Shown here: positions 12,600 through 26,600 of the stretch, piece after piece | How the letters are laid out: each line of letters starts with the position of its first letter | Numbering within the stretch: the first letter of the stretch is position 1 | NCBI RefSeq assembly: GCF_000315625.1 | Contig: NW_005434587.1 | Location: forward strand, 1 to 64,000 | From: Guillardia theta CCMP2712 | Taxonomy: Eukaryota; Protista; Cryptophyta | DNA length: 64,000 nucleotides | Direction of reading: 5' to 3' | Notes under the pieces: model-generated | Told to the model about the DNA's origin: nothing | The model's database searches: none | Seen by the model: the letters and a program-made list of their open reading frames with translations, nothing else | Translations under genes and position numbers: made by a program

Positions 12600-13175
12600 G
12601 TCTTGTGGTGGATTCTGGAGGACCCCCTGAAATTACTACGGCGAGTGCTACGGGGTCATGACCTCCCTAGTACATAGGGGGGTAGGGGTCTTCAATGGAT
12701 TTTGGCTGGTGGGGGGTACAGGGTGGATTCATGGGGTGGTGGATGGGAGGGGGTACGGTAGAGAATATCTCAATTGTACGACTGGTGAAGACCCAAAGCT
12801 CAAGGTAGGGTGGTTTCGTTGAGACCGGGTAGGGTCATCGTGATATGAGTGAGAAGCATAGGTAGGTCGTCTTCACAATGGAGGGGTGGGGTGACTGCCA
12901 GAGGATGGTATACCATAGGGTGGGTCATCTTAGAGGGGGGGTAGGGATGAATGGAGTTCTATTTATGGGGGGACCTCAGAATTTGTAACGGCCGGTCTGT
13001 GCGGGCCCGGCATTTTTGATGAGGCGAGCCCGACGACCGGACTAAGTAACTAATAAGTTTGAGAAATCTGATGAGGCGCCCATGTAGTCGAGTGGGCGAG
13101 GGCCATGGACGATCAGCGATGGGCAGGATGCCGCGGGGCATTCATGCTGACGATGTCGAAGTATGAGCAGCACTG

Positions 13176-14916
13176 ATGAGAACTATGAGGTCGAGGAACA
13201 AGAGGCCTCGTTCGATCTACAAGGATCTTCTGCACTTTGCTGCAGTCTTCATCTCAGCACTGGTTGTTTCCTCCTTCTATGCGTACATGATAAGCAGAAC
13301 TTTCGGCAATACCTACAAGTTGGAGACCGAAGAATTGGAAATTATTCTAAGGACTTACCGCTCCTCTCAAGAAATCTCAGGCGAACCCAACACGGTGCCA
13401 AGAACATCAGAAAGTAAATCTTACTTCCTTGCTGTTGCGTTTGTGATGTTTCTTCCCACTAGACGGAAACCAGTTACCATCGAGTTTGCCTCCAAGTCAG
13501 AACGAAGTGAAGAAGGCGGAGATCACTGTACCGCAGGCATATCAGGTGCCACCTAGCTTGGGACCTATCAAGCATGTCCAGCAGGCATATCAGGTGCCAC
13601 CTAGCTTGGCACCTATCAAGCATGTCCAGCAGGCATATCAGGTGCCACCTAGCTTGGGACCTATCAAGCATGTCCAGCAGGCATATCAGGTGCCACCTAG
13701 CTTGGGACCTATCAAGCATGTCCAGCAGGCATATCAGGTGCCACCTAGCTTGGGACCTATCAAGCATGTCCAGCAGGCATATCAGGTGCCACCTAGCTTG
13801 GCACCTATCATGTATGAAGCGAAAAAGCCGCCCACTATTGAACCGCGCAGAGCCGGATTGAGGATTGCAATCTTAATAGCCTCAGATCTGAACTACATTT
13901 CAGGGCAGTACCAAAACCACTTTGAGTCTGCACAGTGCTATGCTCAGAAGAACGGATACTCGCTCATTCATGAGGAAGATGGCGACCTGTTTCGTCGTCA
14001 CCTCGCTGTGAAGAAACATCTCGTTAATTTTGACTGGATCTACCAAGTAGATGCCGATGTCATGTTCGTGAACTTTGACAACAAACTTGAAACGTACATC
14101 ATGAGGGCTGGAACTGCCGACATCATCTATCCTATGAGAATAATCAATGGAGAGATAGTTGCTGGTGGGTACCTTGTACGAAACTCAGAGTGGTCACGAA
14201 ACTTTCTTGAGGAATGGGGCACGAGAGGAAGCAATCATCAGTTCCTAGCTATTCGTAACTCGGTAGTCGAAAATGCTGATAATGGTTTCTTAATGCAGTT
14301 GCTGACATTCAAATTGTTTGTGGAAGAAGAGACAGGAGACATGAAGGAGAATGGGAAACGGTGCGTGGAGCTGTTCAACCAGGAATACAATCGTGGAAAA
14401 TGCTGTCTCTCCTCCTTGATGGCAAACAGACGGCGTTTCAAACATGTCTGGATTCTACGACGTGGCTCTGGATTCTTCAGGGATGACTTCGTTGGATCCT
14501 TCTTCTTCAAGGAAGATCTTTCGATTCACCACAAGGGCAGGTGGAAAAAGGAGATGGGATCAAACTTCTTTATGGATACAGCGAAACAGTGCAGGAACTT
14601 CAGTGGCGCTGTACTTCCCAACCTTGTCTTGAGCGGAGCTTTCAGAGATCGCCTGCTGTGCGAGACTGATTTCACCTTTGCTCAAGCAGGACATGCAGGG
14701 CAGTTCAATCCAGACATTTACCAGTGCTTTCCTGATTGTCCCGATGAGGTTCCAAGAAACCTTCACATACCGACGATGCAGGTAAGACCTTCCCCCCCCC
14801 GAATAACAAGGCAGACTGAACATTTGCATGTAGGAATGCAGCTTTCTGTCAAACTTCAACCCTCCTCTTGCGAACCCGTGCAAATCTATCCATTGGAAGG
14901 TGACTTCTCGAGATAG
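13176..14916 (+). CDS. Type II membrane glycosyltransferase, GT34 (GMA12/MNN10)-like
   Basis: N-terminal TM (FAAVFISALVVSSFYAY), intron at ~13414-13462, CYAQKNGY, DWIYQVDAD (DxD), IVAGGYLVRNSEWSRNFL, DNGFL. Confidence 0.8.
13533..13810 (+). repeat. Coding minisatellite, 48 bp x ~5.8 (QQAYQVPPSL[G/A]PIKHV)
   Basis: Contiguous, nearly identical units with no spacers, in the stem region of the glycosyltransferase. Confidence 0.95.
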
Positions 14917-15943
14917 TGATCTCTACACGATTTACCGAAGTTTTGTGGCGGATGGAACCATGTGGTCATTGTTCTGATGGAGCACAGTTTCGCTTCAAGT
15001 TCTTCTGGAGTGTCTTCGCGAATGTAGCAGTATTGAAACAGTATTTAGTATATTTCCTCTTCCTTTCTACTTCCTTTAACACAGAGTTGTGAAGCTTTCA
15101 AGTCATCGGATCTTGTACGCTTTCACTTGCTGTCTTGTTGGTTCCAACCGTTTTCGCTTTCTTCCCCTCGCCCACACCAACACCGTCCTGTAGATCTCCT
15201 TGTTACAAGTTCAACAATACATGGTCAACAACACATGATGAAACTGGGTTTTAACTGCTCTCTTGTATTTCACCCCAATCAGTGTTGTGCCGTTCAGATC
15301 CCTGTTTACGGCATTGGACACAAATTGTTACGGGGGTCGTGACAAAGGGGGTCGTGACAAAGGGACGTGACAGGCAGGAAAATCTTGCAGGTTCCTCCTG
15401 CTAGAAAGGGGCAGAAGTGCGAAGATGGAGGAACGGACGAGGACGAGGAAGCGGCGGACGTGGAAGCAGAGAGGAGGAGGAGGAGGTGGCAACGAAGGAG
15501 AGAAGGACGGGAGATGAGGACGCAAAGGGTGTTGTAGAGGACTCGAGCAGGGAAAGGGGTTGAAGGAGGAGGAGAAAAGCGTCAGACGATGAGCAAGATT
15601 AGAACTCCGACGAGAGGAAAAGGAGGGAAGAGGAGAAGGAGGGAGGGGGGAGGGGAGGGGGAGGAGGAGGGGANNNNNNNNNNNNNNNNNNNNNNNNNNN
15701 NNNNNNNNNNNNNNNNNNNNNNNNNNNNNNNNNNNNNNNNNNNNNNNNNNNNNNNNNNNNNNNNNNNNNNNNNGACAGATGAGCCGGTCAGAATGAAGAA
15801 AAGAGGAGGGTGGGCGAGGAATGGGACTAGAGAAGACACAAGAATTCGCAGTCTCTTGGCTACCGACTGCTGTGCTTGGCTGACTTCTGATGTTCACATT
15901 CTGTTCTGTTTGTGGGAACAATCCTTGTAGCATTTTCAAAGAG

Positions 15944-18900
15944 ATGGTTGCCGCTTTCCCTGCAGCCCCTGCTGTTGATATTCTGCCCATACATGGCATT
16001 GATTTGTTCATGCATCCCGGCCTTGCGGCTGCTCATTGCTTCTTAACGAGCATACGAGGTTCTGAGATGAGATGCAGGAGACGATGGAGAGAACATGGCT
16101 GATAGTAGCCATGTCGATCTCACCTCTGTTCGTGTATTACATCCTAAAAAAGATAAGGAAAGTTGTGATCCAATGGGCCCTGAAGCATGCGTACAAGGAC
16201 AACCGACATGCGCTGCTCGCTCTCAAGTTGTTGGGAGGAAAGAACCCGCCTCTTGACGAGTTTCAAAGTTTGCTCCCTTCCCTCCCGGTTCCTAAGTTGA
16301 GCTCGACTCTGAAGCAATGGCTGGAATCCGTTCGTCCATTGGTGTCCGAGGAAGCGTTCCGGCGGGCGGAGGAGGCGGCGAAGGAGTTCGAGAGCTCCAA
16401 GGAGGGAAAGGATCTTCAAGTGCAGCTGGTGAAGCGATCGAAGCAGTGCAGCAACTGGCTGGAGGACTGGTGGGTCCAGTTCGCGTACCTGCGGCAGAGA
16501 GTTTCTCTCATGACCTATGTCAACTACTTCTGCACCGACAGCTCGGATTTTATCTTCCGTGAACCGTACACGTCTGACCCGATCAGGTATGGTCTAGTCC
16601 GTAGGTGGAGCACGAGGGACAGGAGCAGTAGTTGGAGGACGAGCTTGTAGTGGTTGGAGCTCAGGGAGAAGGAGCACGAAGCGGGACGTGGAGTGCATGA
16701 CACTTTGTTGCAGGAGAGTTGTAGATTTGATCGAGTCTGCTCTGGACTTCAAGCATCGGGTGGATCACAACACTTTGCGCCCGCTGAGGATCAAGAACGT
16801 GCTGCCTGTCTGCATGAAGGGCATGAACAAAGTGTTCGGCACAACTCGATCCCCGGGCGATGATTGCGATGAGCTCAAGACGCACATCGTTCCCGAGGAT
16901 GGCGATGCGCATGTGCTGCTGATGGTGGGAAGCAGCATGTTCAAGCTCCCCGTGCAGGTGGGAGGCAAGAGAGTGTCAAACTCGAGCATCGAGCAGGCGA
17001 TCCGCGAAGCCACGCGAGCAGCAGACTCGCAAGGGAAGAGCGAGTGGGGAGAGGGGAGGCATGCTCAGCCCCACGTCTCTCAGCTCACTGGATTGTCGAG
17101 GAACAAGTGGGCGAGCATGTACCGGGAGATGGTCAACTCGCACGAGGCGAACAAGGAAGGCATCCGGACGATCGAGGAAGCGCTCTTTGCCGTCTCCCTG
17201 CTGGAGGACTCGGTTGACTCCGGTGACCTCCACCAGTATGTCAACATCTGCTTGCACAACAGGGGCAGGCAGATCTGGTTCGACAAGTGCTTCACTATCC
17301 TCGCCTTCAAGGACGGGAGGGTCGGCTGGCATTACGAGCACACATACGCTGACGCTCCTGTCCCCGGGCTCATGTGCGAGCATGCCATGGTCAACGGCAA
17401 CCCCAGCTCAGAGGACATCCGCTGCTATCCTCGCCCCCTGCTCGCCTTCTCCGATGCTCCTGTCTCCGCGTCCCCAATCCGCTGGCAGTGCGACGCCCTG
17501 CCTGGCATGAAGCAGTGGCTGCGGGAGGCGGAGGAGGAGACTCGTTCGCTGCTCTCTGACTTTGACATCCGACCCTTCTACTGGCGCAACTTCGGAGCTG
17601 ACGTCATCAAGAAGTGCTCCATGAGCCCTGACGCCTTCTGCCAGGCTGTCTTGCAGGCAAAATATTCTACACCCCTAGCCTTCCTTGTCTCTCCCCTCCT
17701 CTCCTCTGCTCTCATTCCCTCCTCGTTTCTTCCTGCTAACTCTCTTCTCCTTCCCTCCTCTTGTGCTCTCCTCTTCTCCTTCCCTCCTTATTCACTGTCT
17801 CCTCTTGACCTTGTGGACCCACTGCATCCTACCTCCTCCAGCTCACCTTCAGCTGGACTACAACTGAGACTAGACGGTGCGGCAGGTGGTGTCGACCAGG
17901 TACTGGGGCCGGGCGGTGCTGACGTACGAGAGCGCATCCTTGCGAGTCTTCGAGGGGGGGAGGACGGACACGATCCGAAGCGCCACGAGCGAAGTGTGCG
18001 AGTTTGCGCGGGAGTTCGTGAAGGAGAAGAGGGTGATGGGCTGCTGGGTCGCTGCTGGGGGAATTTGACAGGGTGCAGGAGGTGGAGGAGAAGGAGCTAG
18101 CGGCGAAGCTGCGGAGGGCTGGACAAGTTCACTCGAAGATCACGAGGAATGCGTGCAGGTGGGAAGGGAGGAGGACGAGGACGAGGACGAGGCGTTGGGG
18201 GATGGAGGGGGGGGGGGGGGGGGGTTTTTCGAGTAGGGAAGGGAAGGACGTCATAGGGACCCGGAACAATGAGGGGGTTGAACACNNNNNNNNNNNNNNN
18301 NNNNNNNNNNNNNNNNNNNNNNNNNNNNNNNNNNNNNNNNNNNNNNNNNNNNNNNNNNNNNNNNNNNNNNNNNNNNNNNNNNNNNAGTAGATCGACATCT
18401 GCTGGGACTCAAGGTCAAGTCTGACAATCCTCCTCCTCGTCCTCCTCGTCCTTCTCATCCTTCTCCTCCTTGTTGTTGTTGTCGCCTGCCCCCCCCCCCC
18501 CCCCCCGCTCCCCTACCTCCTTGTGCTCCTTTGTTCTCCTCTGTCTTTTGTCCTTTGTTCCTCCTCCTCTGTCCTCCTTTCTCCACCTACCGTCTGCCTT
18601 CCTTTGCCTACTTCTTTTCTCCCTCTACCGTCCACCTTGTATCTCCTCCTCCTTCTGTTTTCTTTGTCTGTCACTGCTGACTCCTACTGCTGGCAGATCC
18701 TCGCTCTTATCAACGGCATGCCCTTGCCGAAACTCTTCCAAGTAACTCCTTGCCGCTGCTGCCATTCCTTTCCCTCCGTCTTCCTCCCTCCTTCCTCCTC
18801 CCTCCTCCCTCCCTCCTCCTCCCTTCTTCCTCCTTCCTCCTTCCTCCTCCTTCTCACTCCTCGTCTCGTTCTCCTTCTCTTCATCCTCCATATCTTTGTC

Positions 18901-19501
18901 CTCTCTTCCTCATCTCCTTGGGCAGGAGGAGGCCTACAACCTCGAATTTCAGCTCGCCACCTCCCAGAGCCCCATCGTGCAGGAGCACGAGAAGGTGACG
19001 GAGAGTTTGCGGGACCAGCCCAACACTGACTGCAGCTAAAGGTTCCCGTCGAGCTCATGACACTTGGAGGAGGGTTCGGGCCGATCACGTCTCCGGTCAG
19101 TGCGGGAGGAGGAGGAGGAGGAGGAGGAGGAGGAGGAGGAGGAGGAGGAGGAGGAGCAAGAATGTGGTGAATGTTAGTGACATTGATGGGAGGGTGAGAG
19201 TGGCTGAGGGTTGACGTGCATGCAGGGGCTCGGAATTTCTTATCACATCCTCCCCGACCGTCTCTACTTTTATGTTTCAGTGCGATCGAAAGATGCGGAA
19301 GAAGACAGCAAGAGGTGACGAGGACGAGGAGTAGGAGGAGGAAGTGACGGGGGGAGGAGGAGGAGGCGATGGAGCGGAGAAGAAGTGGGAGTAGAGTGAT
19401 GATGGTCGGGGTTTGTCAGGTGCGTCGAGTACATCCAGCAAGCACTGGAGGATCTCAAGGGCCTTCTGCTCCGTTGCCCTCCAGAGAAGAAGAAGAGCTG
19501 A
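15944..19501 (+). CDS. Carnitine O-acyltransferase (CPT1-like), multi-exon
   Basis: LPSLPVPKL, NWLEDWW, WFDK, catalytic-His motif YEHTYAD, SPDAFCQ, TYESAS..F..GRTDTIRS, DRHLLGL, LATSQ, GGFGP. N-terminal TM. Start uncertain. Confidence 0.88.
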
Positions 19502-19798
19502 GCAGCCAAGGAGGAGGAGAGCAGAGAGCAGAGAGCAGAGAGCAGAGAGCAGAGAGCAGAGAGCAGGAGGTGAGAAGAGCAGTGCATGAGGAATAGGAGA
19601 AGGAGGTCAGAAGACAGCGAGCGAGGGTATGGAGGCAGGCAGAACCGAAAGAGGTGGGTGAGGTGATTGTGTTGGTGATGAGTGAAGTGAGTGAAAAAGT
19701 AGAAGGGGAGGAGCAGGATCAGAGTGTGAAGGGACGGATGAAATCCTCCTTGCTCGTTCTAATCACATTCTTTGTTACTCATTATCACACTCTGCTTC

Positions 19799-22654
19799 TT
19801 AACTTGACAGAGTCTCCAGCCTGTTGAGCATTCTCTGCCATAGCCTGCTCCCCGTCCCTTGCACAACATCGTTGAGCTCCTGCCTCTCCTTCTCTTCCAA
19901 CTTCTCCAGCGTGCCCAGCACTTCCTGCAAGTTCGTCTGCCAACCTCCCGCACTGCTCTCCTGGCTCTCCTCCTCCTCCCTCCGCACGCTTCCTCCGTTG
20001 AGCACCGTCAGCAGCTGCTTCAGAGCGTCTGCTAGAGGAGCAGGGAGCGAACTCCATCCCGGCAGCTTCCCCGTGGAGACAACCGAGAGGAGGAGGCGAG
20101 AGGCCGCACGAGGGTCGACCAGCGCGTCTCCTGCTACCAGCGTCGCCGCGTCCTCTCCTAGCGCGCTCTTGATCAGATCGACGAGGGAGATGGCGTAGAG
20201 TTCCTCCTCCCTCGTCAACTTGGGCGCCACAACCTCCAGGAGCTCCTGGGGAGGGCGCAAGACGGGCTGGGGAGTTCCGCTGGCGGTGGGGAGGAGGAAC
20301 ATGGTGGGGACTGTCTCGGGGGAGGGGAGGAAGGAGGAGATGAAGGGAGGGCGGGGGAGGTTGTTGAGGAAGGCGCTGAAACCCTTGCGGAGGCTCTGGC
20401 GGAGGAGAACGTCTGCAGCGTTCTCAACCTGCGGGAGGGTGTCAGGGTGGTGGAGTATGGAGGAGGAAGGAAGCGAGAAGAAAGGGAGTAGCATCAACGG
20501 AAAGAAGATGAGGGGTAAGAAGAGAAGAATGGATACGCAGAGGAGAGGGAGGAGAGGAGGGTTGAGAGAAGGAGGAGAGGAAGGAGGAGGAGGAGGAGGA
20601 GGAGGAACAGGGAGTAGCAAGATGTAAGGAGGAAGGAAGAAGGAAGAGAGAACGGTGACGTCACCTCATCTGCGAGGATATTCCGCAAGCTCCTCGCCTT
20701 GTCGCTCAGGAGGTACTTGATCGCCTCCTCCAACGGGACTCCCTCCTCCGGGATCGAGTCGAAGTCGATGAACGCTCCTCCCTGGGTCCTCGCCACCACC
20801 CCGAGGGCCCCGTTGAGGAGGACGGAGAGTCTTGAAGTCTTCAGCCCTCCTCCTGCATACAGCACCTCCTGCAGAGCCCTCTGAACCTCCGGCCGATCCT
20901 CCCGGAGGAGCTTGCGGGCAACGAAGGGGTAAGCCTCCATGACGAGGCCGTAGGAAGGGTCTCCTATCAGCGCCACCCCCTCCAGCGTCACGACAGCGCG
21001 GGCGATGAGGGCGAAGTAGGGGGGGATGGTGAAGGGGATGTCGTTGAGGACTGTCAGCGCGTCCTGGGTCATGGCCTGGAAGCCGCCGATGGCGGCACCG
21101 GACGATCCGTCCATGCCGTACATCCTCTTCAGCTCCTCCTCATACTTCTTTGCTCCTCCTCCCTTGACGTAGGGGGAGAGGGCCTTGTCCATCAACGGGA
21201 TGACCTTGGGACGGTCGCAGTCAGGTGGGAGGATGCCGAGCGAGATGAAGTCGTCGACGAGGGCGGGGTAGTCCTTGTTGGCAAGGTGGATGATGGCGTT
21301 GACGATCTGATCCATATCTTCCTGCTGCAGGCAGGCCACCAGCCCGAAGTCGATGAGCGCGATCTTGCCCTTGCTCTCGTCGGACATCCGGATAATATTC
21401 CCTGGATGAGGGTCGGAGTGGAAGAACCCAACTTGCAGCAGCTGCGTCAGGAAGCTCTCCTGCCCGATCCCGATCACCTCCCTGATCTCCTCCGGCGAGC
21501 ACTCGGAGAGTTTCACGCCGTCCACCCACTCCGTGACCAGCAGCCTCCTCGTACAAAGCTCCTCGTATACCTCAGGCACGTACATCCCCTCCACCATCTG
21601 CTCCTCCAGCAGGCCCTTCAGCTTCTTTTGGTTTGCGCACTCGTTCATGAAGTCCAGCTCTGTGTAGAACCCGACGGCCCACTCGTTGAGCAGCGCAACG
21701 TAGTTGGTCCTCTGCTGGGGAGCAAACCTGTCCATGAGCCCCTGGTACACCTCAGCTGCTCTCCTCAGCACGTAGAGGTCCTTGCTGACCACTGAGAGCA
21801 CGTCGGGGCGCTGAACTTTGACCGCAACCGTCTCTCCTGTCACCAGCTTCGCCTTGTAGACCTGAGCAAGGGAGGCTGCGGCCACCGGCTTCTCGGAGAT
21901 CTCGCTGAAGTACTTGCCCAGCGGGGCCTTCAGCTCCTGCTCAATCATCTCAACCGCCACCTTGGTGTCGAAAGGCTTCACGGAGTCCTGCAGGTAGGCC
22001 AGCTCGTCGAGCACGGGCTGGGGGAGGACGTCCGGCCGAACTGTAGCAGGAGACACACAGTGAGATGCTAGTGCATACTCGCAAGCAACAAGGGATACCT
22101 GACATCATCTGCCCGGCCTTGATGTACGTTGGCCCGAGCTTCTCCAGGTTCTGCCTCGCTTCCCTCGCGAGGTCGACCTCGTTCTTCTTCAGCTCGTCCA
22201 CTCCTCCTCTCACCAGCATCGTAATCATCTTGGTCAGGAAAGGAACCGAGACTGAGAGGAACTCTCTCCACCGCTTCTGCAGGGCCCCATCCTGCTTCCT
22301 CCAATACGCTTCAATGAGCTCCTTGTCGTACACGATCGGCAGCCCCTCCTCGTCAACAGCTCCCTGCCTCTCCTTGTCCTTCACGATGTATGTCTTGTCG
22401 ACGTCCGGTGCCTCCAACTTCCTCATGCTCACAGCAGCGTTGACAGCTGCGGCAGCGATGGCTGCCGAGGTTGCGAGGCTCTGCGATGCTGCCTCTGTAG
22501 GCGACCGCACTTGCATCCTCAGGGATACCGGCGAGGTTCGTCTCGCGCCATTGCTTGAGGGTCGCAAGAGGTAGGAGGGGCGAAGGCTGAAGGAGACGAC
22601 ATGCGAGCAGAGGACGAGGAAAACCAGGCACGACGCAAGGTTCGATGACGCCAT
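19799..22654 (-). CDS. ABC1/UbiB atypical kinase (ABC1K), plastid-targeted, multi-exon
   Basis: LGPTYIKAGQ, AAASLAQVY, VAVKVQRP, FFHSDPHPGN, IDFG. Leader MASSNLASCLVFLVLCSHVVS-F followed by an S/R-rich transit peptide. Confidence 0.92.
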
Positions 22655-23687
22655 AGTTGGTTCGGGGAATGAGCGATGAGAATTCGGCACTTACTGTGTT
22701 GCTGATAGCTCTGATTTCATGAAACCTCTGCTGCTCGTTCCTTGTTGACCTTTGTTCCTTGTTCACTATGTACGAGTGTTTCGACTACGAAAGAAAGGCC
22801 CTTTTCGAAGCTTGACTGTCTGTGTCAAACGGTTTTCTCGCTTTCAATTCGTATTTCCTCTCTCCTCTCCTCTCTTCTCTCCTCTCCTCTCCTCTCCTCT
22901 CCTCTCCTCTTCTGATCTCTCCTCACTACTGCTTCTCCTTCACGTCGCTCCGAGCGGTCTCGTTGCTTTGTCTCTATCTCGACCTTATAAGACTCTCCCT
23001 CCCTACCCCCCACCCCCTCATTAAGAGTCCTACCCCATTTGAAACATTTACCACCCGTACAAGACACTAACCCCTACCTCCTTATCTCGATGATTTTCAG
23101 GGCCAAGGTACCCTCCAGATGTACCCCACCCTCAAGCATATCACCGGACCCTGCCCCACCACCTCTCCCACAAGTTACATTCCACCCCTCCATACTTCTC
23201 GACAGACCACTGCCACGCAAAGTTGAAGAGAGGGGTGGGGTCATCGGTCAGCAAGCAGGGGTCCGAATATCCTGGGAAATTCAGAGCAATTTTGAGTAGT
23301 ACAGGGGGGTAGTATGCCAAACTAGATCAAATCTCTGGGGTGGGGGTAATCATATGAGGGGAGGGGTAGAGAGAACATGCATCTTACCACCCCTTCCTTT
23401 GATATAAGAAATTGGGGTGGATGGTGAATTGACCTTCACCCCTGTTTTTGTCTTTCAACAAGGTGGTGGGGGTTATTAAAATACATACCACCCCCTTCCA
23501 GACTTCTATTGGCACGGGTAGTTGATTTACCCCAATCTACCCTAAAAACTCAGATGATTTGGACGGGTGATATGTATTATGAAGTACCCCTTCATCAAAG
23601 GGTTAATTTGGGGGTAAGAGCCTCTATGAGAAATCCCAGAATACCCCCACTTTCTATTGGATACGGAACGGTAGGGGTGGTTGGGCC

Positions 23688-26600
23688 ATGGCTGCGTTCG
23701 GCCTTATGTTGGCGGTGGCTGTAGCAGCAGGGGAAGGAGGAGGAGGAGGAAGCGGTGGAGGGATCAGAGGAGGGGGTCTGAGTGGAGGAAGGGCGGGATG
23801 GTTCGGAGAGGAGATGATGCTGGCCATAGACTGCAAGAAACTGTCAAGAGGACATTTGGGGGCAATTTGCGAAGCTGAAGTAGGAGAATCGAGAGATGGG
23901 AGAATAAGCCATGGATTTCATTGCCGGTGGAAGTCAATGGCAGACAATTTGATGACGGAAAAGAAAGGGATGGAATGGAGCAAGCTGAGGTTGAGAGGAG
24001 GCGGGGACGCAACCGACGACGAGCTCATGCAAGAGGAAGCCAGAGCTGCTGGAGACGATGATGAAGAGTTTGTGGAGGTGGTGATTCAGAACTTGTGCTT
24101 CGGGAGGAATGAAGAGCTGCACATGACGCTAGATCTTCAAGCGCCCATATCCGAGATCAAGAAAGAGATCTACATGAAGTACCCCTCCTGGGTATGCCCA
24201 GCGGATCAGATGGAATTGATATGGAGGGGTAGAGAGCTATCAGGAGTCAACCACGAGACTCTGCAGCAGCACGGGCTCAAGTGTGAGGAAGGAGAAACGC
24301 AGATCCGAATCATTCTTCGGCAGAAGTTCCTTGCGGCTGACGCCATGGCAGACCAGGTCTTTATCACGTGCTCTCTCCCTCCTTCCGTGCCTGACCGCTG
24401 GGCCAGAGGATGCGCAAGGCCGCGAGCGACTTTCCTTCGATGATGATGCCAGGCGCACAAGACTCGAAGGTGATCATGGAGCTGCTGAAGTCGAACCCGC
24501 AGCTGCAAGCGATGTGGAACTCGAATCCTCAGGTGAGAGCCGGTCTTCTTGGTTGTTCCCCCCACCGTAACGTTGCTCCCTCCCTTTTCAGATCCGTCAG
24601 ATGCTGAGCAATCCCGAGAATCTCCGACAGATTCTCCCGCAGCTTGCCAACGCAGGCCTTATGTGAGTTTGTCCTCCCTGATTCCGTTGGTTGTTGCAAG
24701 CGGTGTAACGGCGCAACAGTCCGGATCAGGAAGACATGATGAACATGCTTGGACAAGGTAACTTGTGTCAGGAGGACGATGACGATTCTCTGAATTGTCT
24801 GCAAGATGAAGATATGAACTCGATGATGCAACCAGACTTCGGGTATGAAGACGAGGAGCAGAAAAGGTCGGGTGCAAGCTCGGGATGCCATGGGTTTTTA
24901 ACGCTGTGTAGGAGTAAGATCGCGAGCCAGGAGGAGATCATGGAGTTGGCAAAGATGGACGCAGCGGTCTCTTCTTCCTTATTGATTCCAATCGAGTGCT
25001 GACGTGGACGTCAAGGAGCTGAAGGAGAAACTTAGCTTTAGATCAGAATCCTTCAAGCGAGCAGTGATGGAGGTGGAGCCTTACTCACCCAATCCTTTTC
25101 TCTCTCCTTATGCTGTCCTTTCTCTCCTTCTCGTCCCTCTGCCTCTGCATTATCAACCCATTACTCTCCTACTTGATCCATCCGTCCTGTCTTCAGTCGC
25201 TCTCTTCCCCTTGTCCTCCCTCCTGCACTCTCGCTCTTCCCCCTGACCGTCGTCTCCGCATCATCTTGACTCGCAGGCACGCGAAAATCTCTTCGAGGCA
25301 ACGGAGGGCTGGGACAGGAAGACCTTTCGTGAGAGCTTGAGGACAAACGCGACGCTGGCGAGGCAGTATGCGCAGCTCTACACCGAGAGGGGGAGCCTGG
25401 AGGAGGTACGCAAGGCCCTTATCTCCAACAGGACCTTAGCCCTCCAGTACGTCCATCTCTCCACTCTCCTAAACTGCAAGAGGAACGTCTCCGCTGCCGT
25501 GCAGCCTCGACTCGAGCAAGGAGGGTCCACGAGGAGCTCAGCAGAAGCTCACCGCGGGCTCCCTCTGGAGCAGAGGGGCCTGAGTCCAGCTGGGCTCGTC
25601 GCCGGGGATGGAAACGCCAAGGGCATCACCTTTGGCAGCCTGCAGGCTGCGCTGGAGCAGGCAAACCAAGAGCTGAAAAGACCTGCTGCGACATCGGGTA
25701 TATCAAGTCTCCTCTTCCCCTCCCCTCCCTCCCCTCCCCTCCCTCCCTCCCTCCCTCCCTCCCTCCCTCCCTCCCCCACTGATGTCTGCCTTCCTTCGTA
25801 GCGGCCGCTTCTGTCCCTCCTCAACCCTCACGACGCTTTCATCCTCACCATCATGTCAGGGAGCAAGAGATCGTTGGACGAGATCTCGGCGCAGACAGCG
25901 GAAGAGGTCAGGGGGTTAGGAGGGATGCCATCAGCGAGTCACAGGAGCGAGGACGTGAGCACGAAGAGGAGGAGCGATCAAAGCTCTGGAGCAGCACAGA
26001 GGGAGGAGATGGTTAGAGCCGTTCCTCAGCTGAACAGGGATCAAGAGACTCCAGCTCGAGAGACTCCAGCTAGCCCCGAGCAGTCACTTCCTGCCCTTCT
26101 GGAGCGAATAATCTCAATGTTTTCGACTCAGGGGAAGAACTCGAAACGAGCTGGAGAAGAGGACGAGGGGCTGAAGGTAGACTTTGGGGAGCAGCGCTTC
26201 CAAATCAACGAGGTAGGAGGAAGACGAGGAGATGGAGATGAAGGATTGAGGGAGACGATAGAGGAAAACAGGAGGCGGAGGAGGGGCTTGAGCAGAGACA
26301 GGGGATGAAGGCGGGTTGAAGGAAGGTCTCGATTGAAGTCCTTTGGCAGTTGGCGAGGAAGGAGGAATCGCTTCTCCGGATGCTCCGAGGAGCTCGACGG
26401 ATCGTGAAGGTGCTGAAGGAGACCGGGGAGGTGCTGGCTGCGAGGAGGCGAGTGCGGGTGAGCACGTGTTGATGACGGAGGTCAGGAGCTGAAGAGTCTC
26501 GCAGGAATGCTTCATGCTCCTCCGCGGCCTCTCGGAGGCAGCATGCTTGCGGGAGCTTCGCAGACTCTCAGATCTTGTGTCCTCCTTCGAACCGCTGGAG

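Noticed and set aside
13533-13810. CRISPR-like repeat array
   Set aside because: The units are contiguous with no spacers, are in frame and lie within a coding exon.
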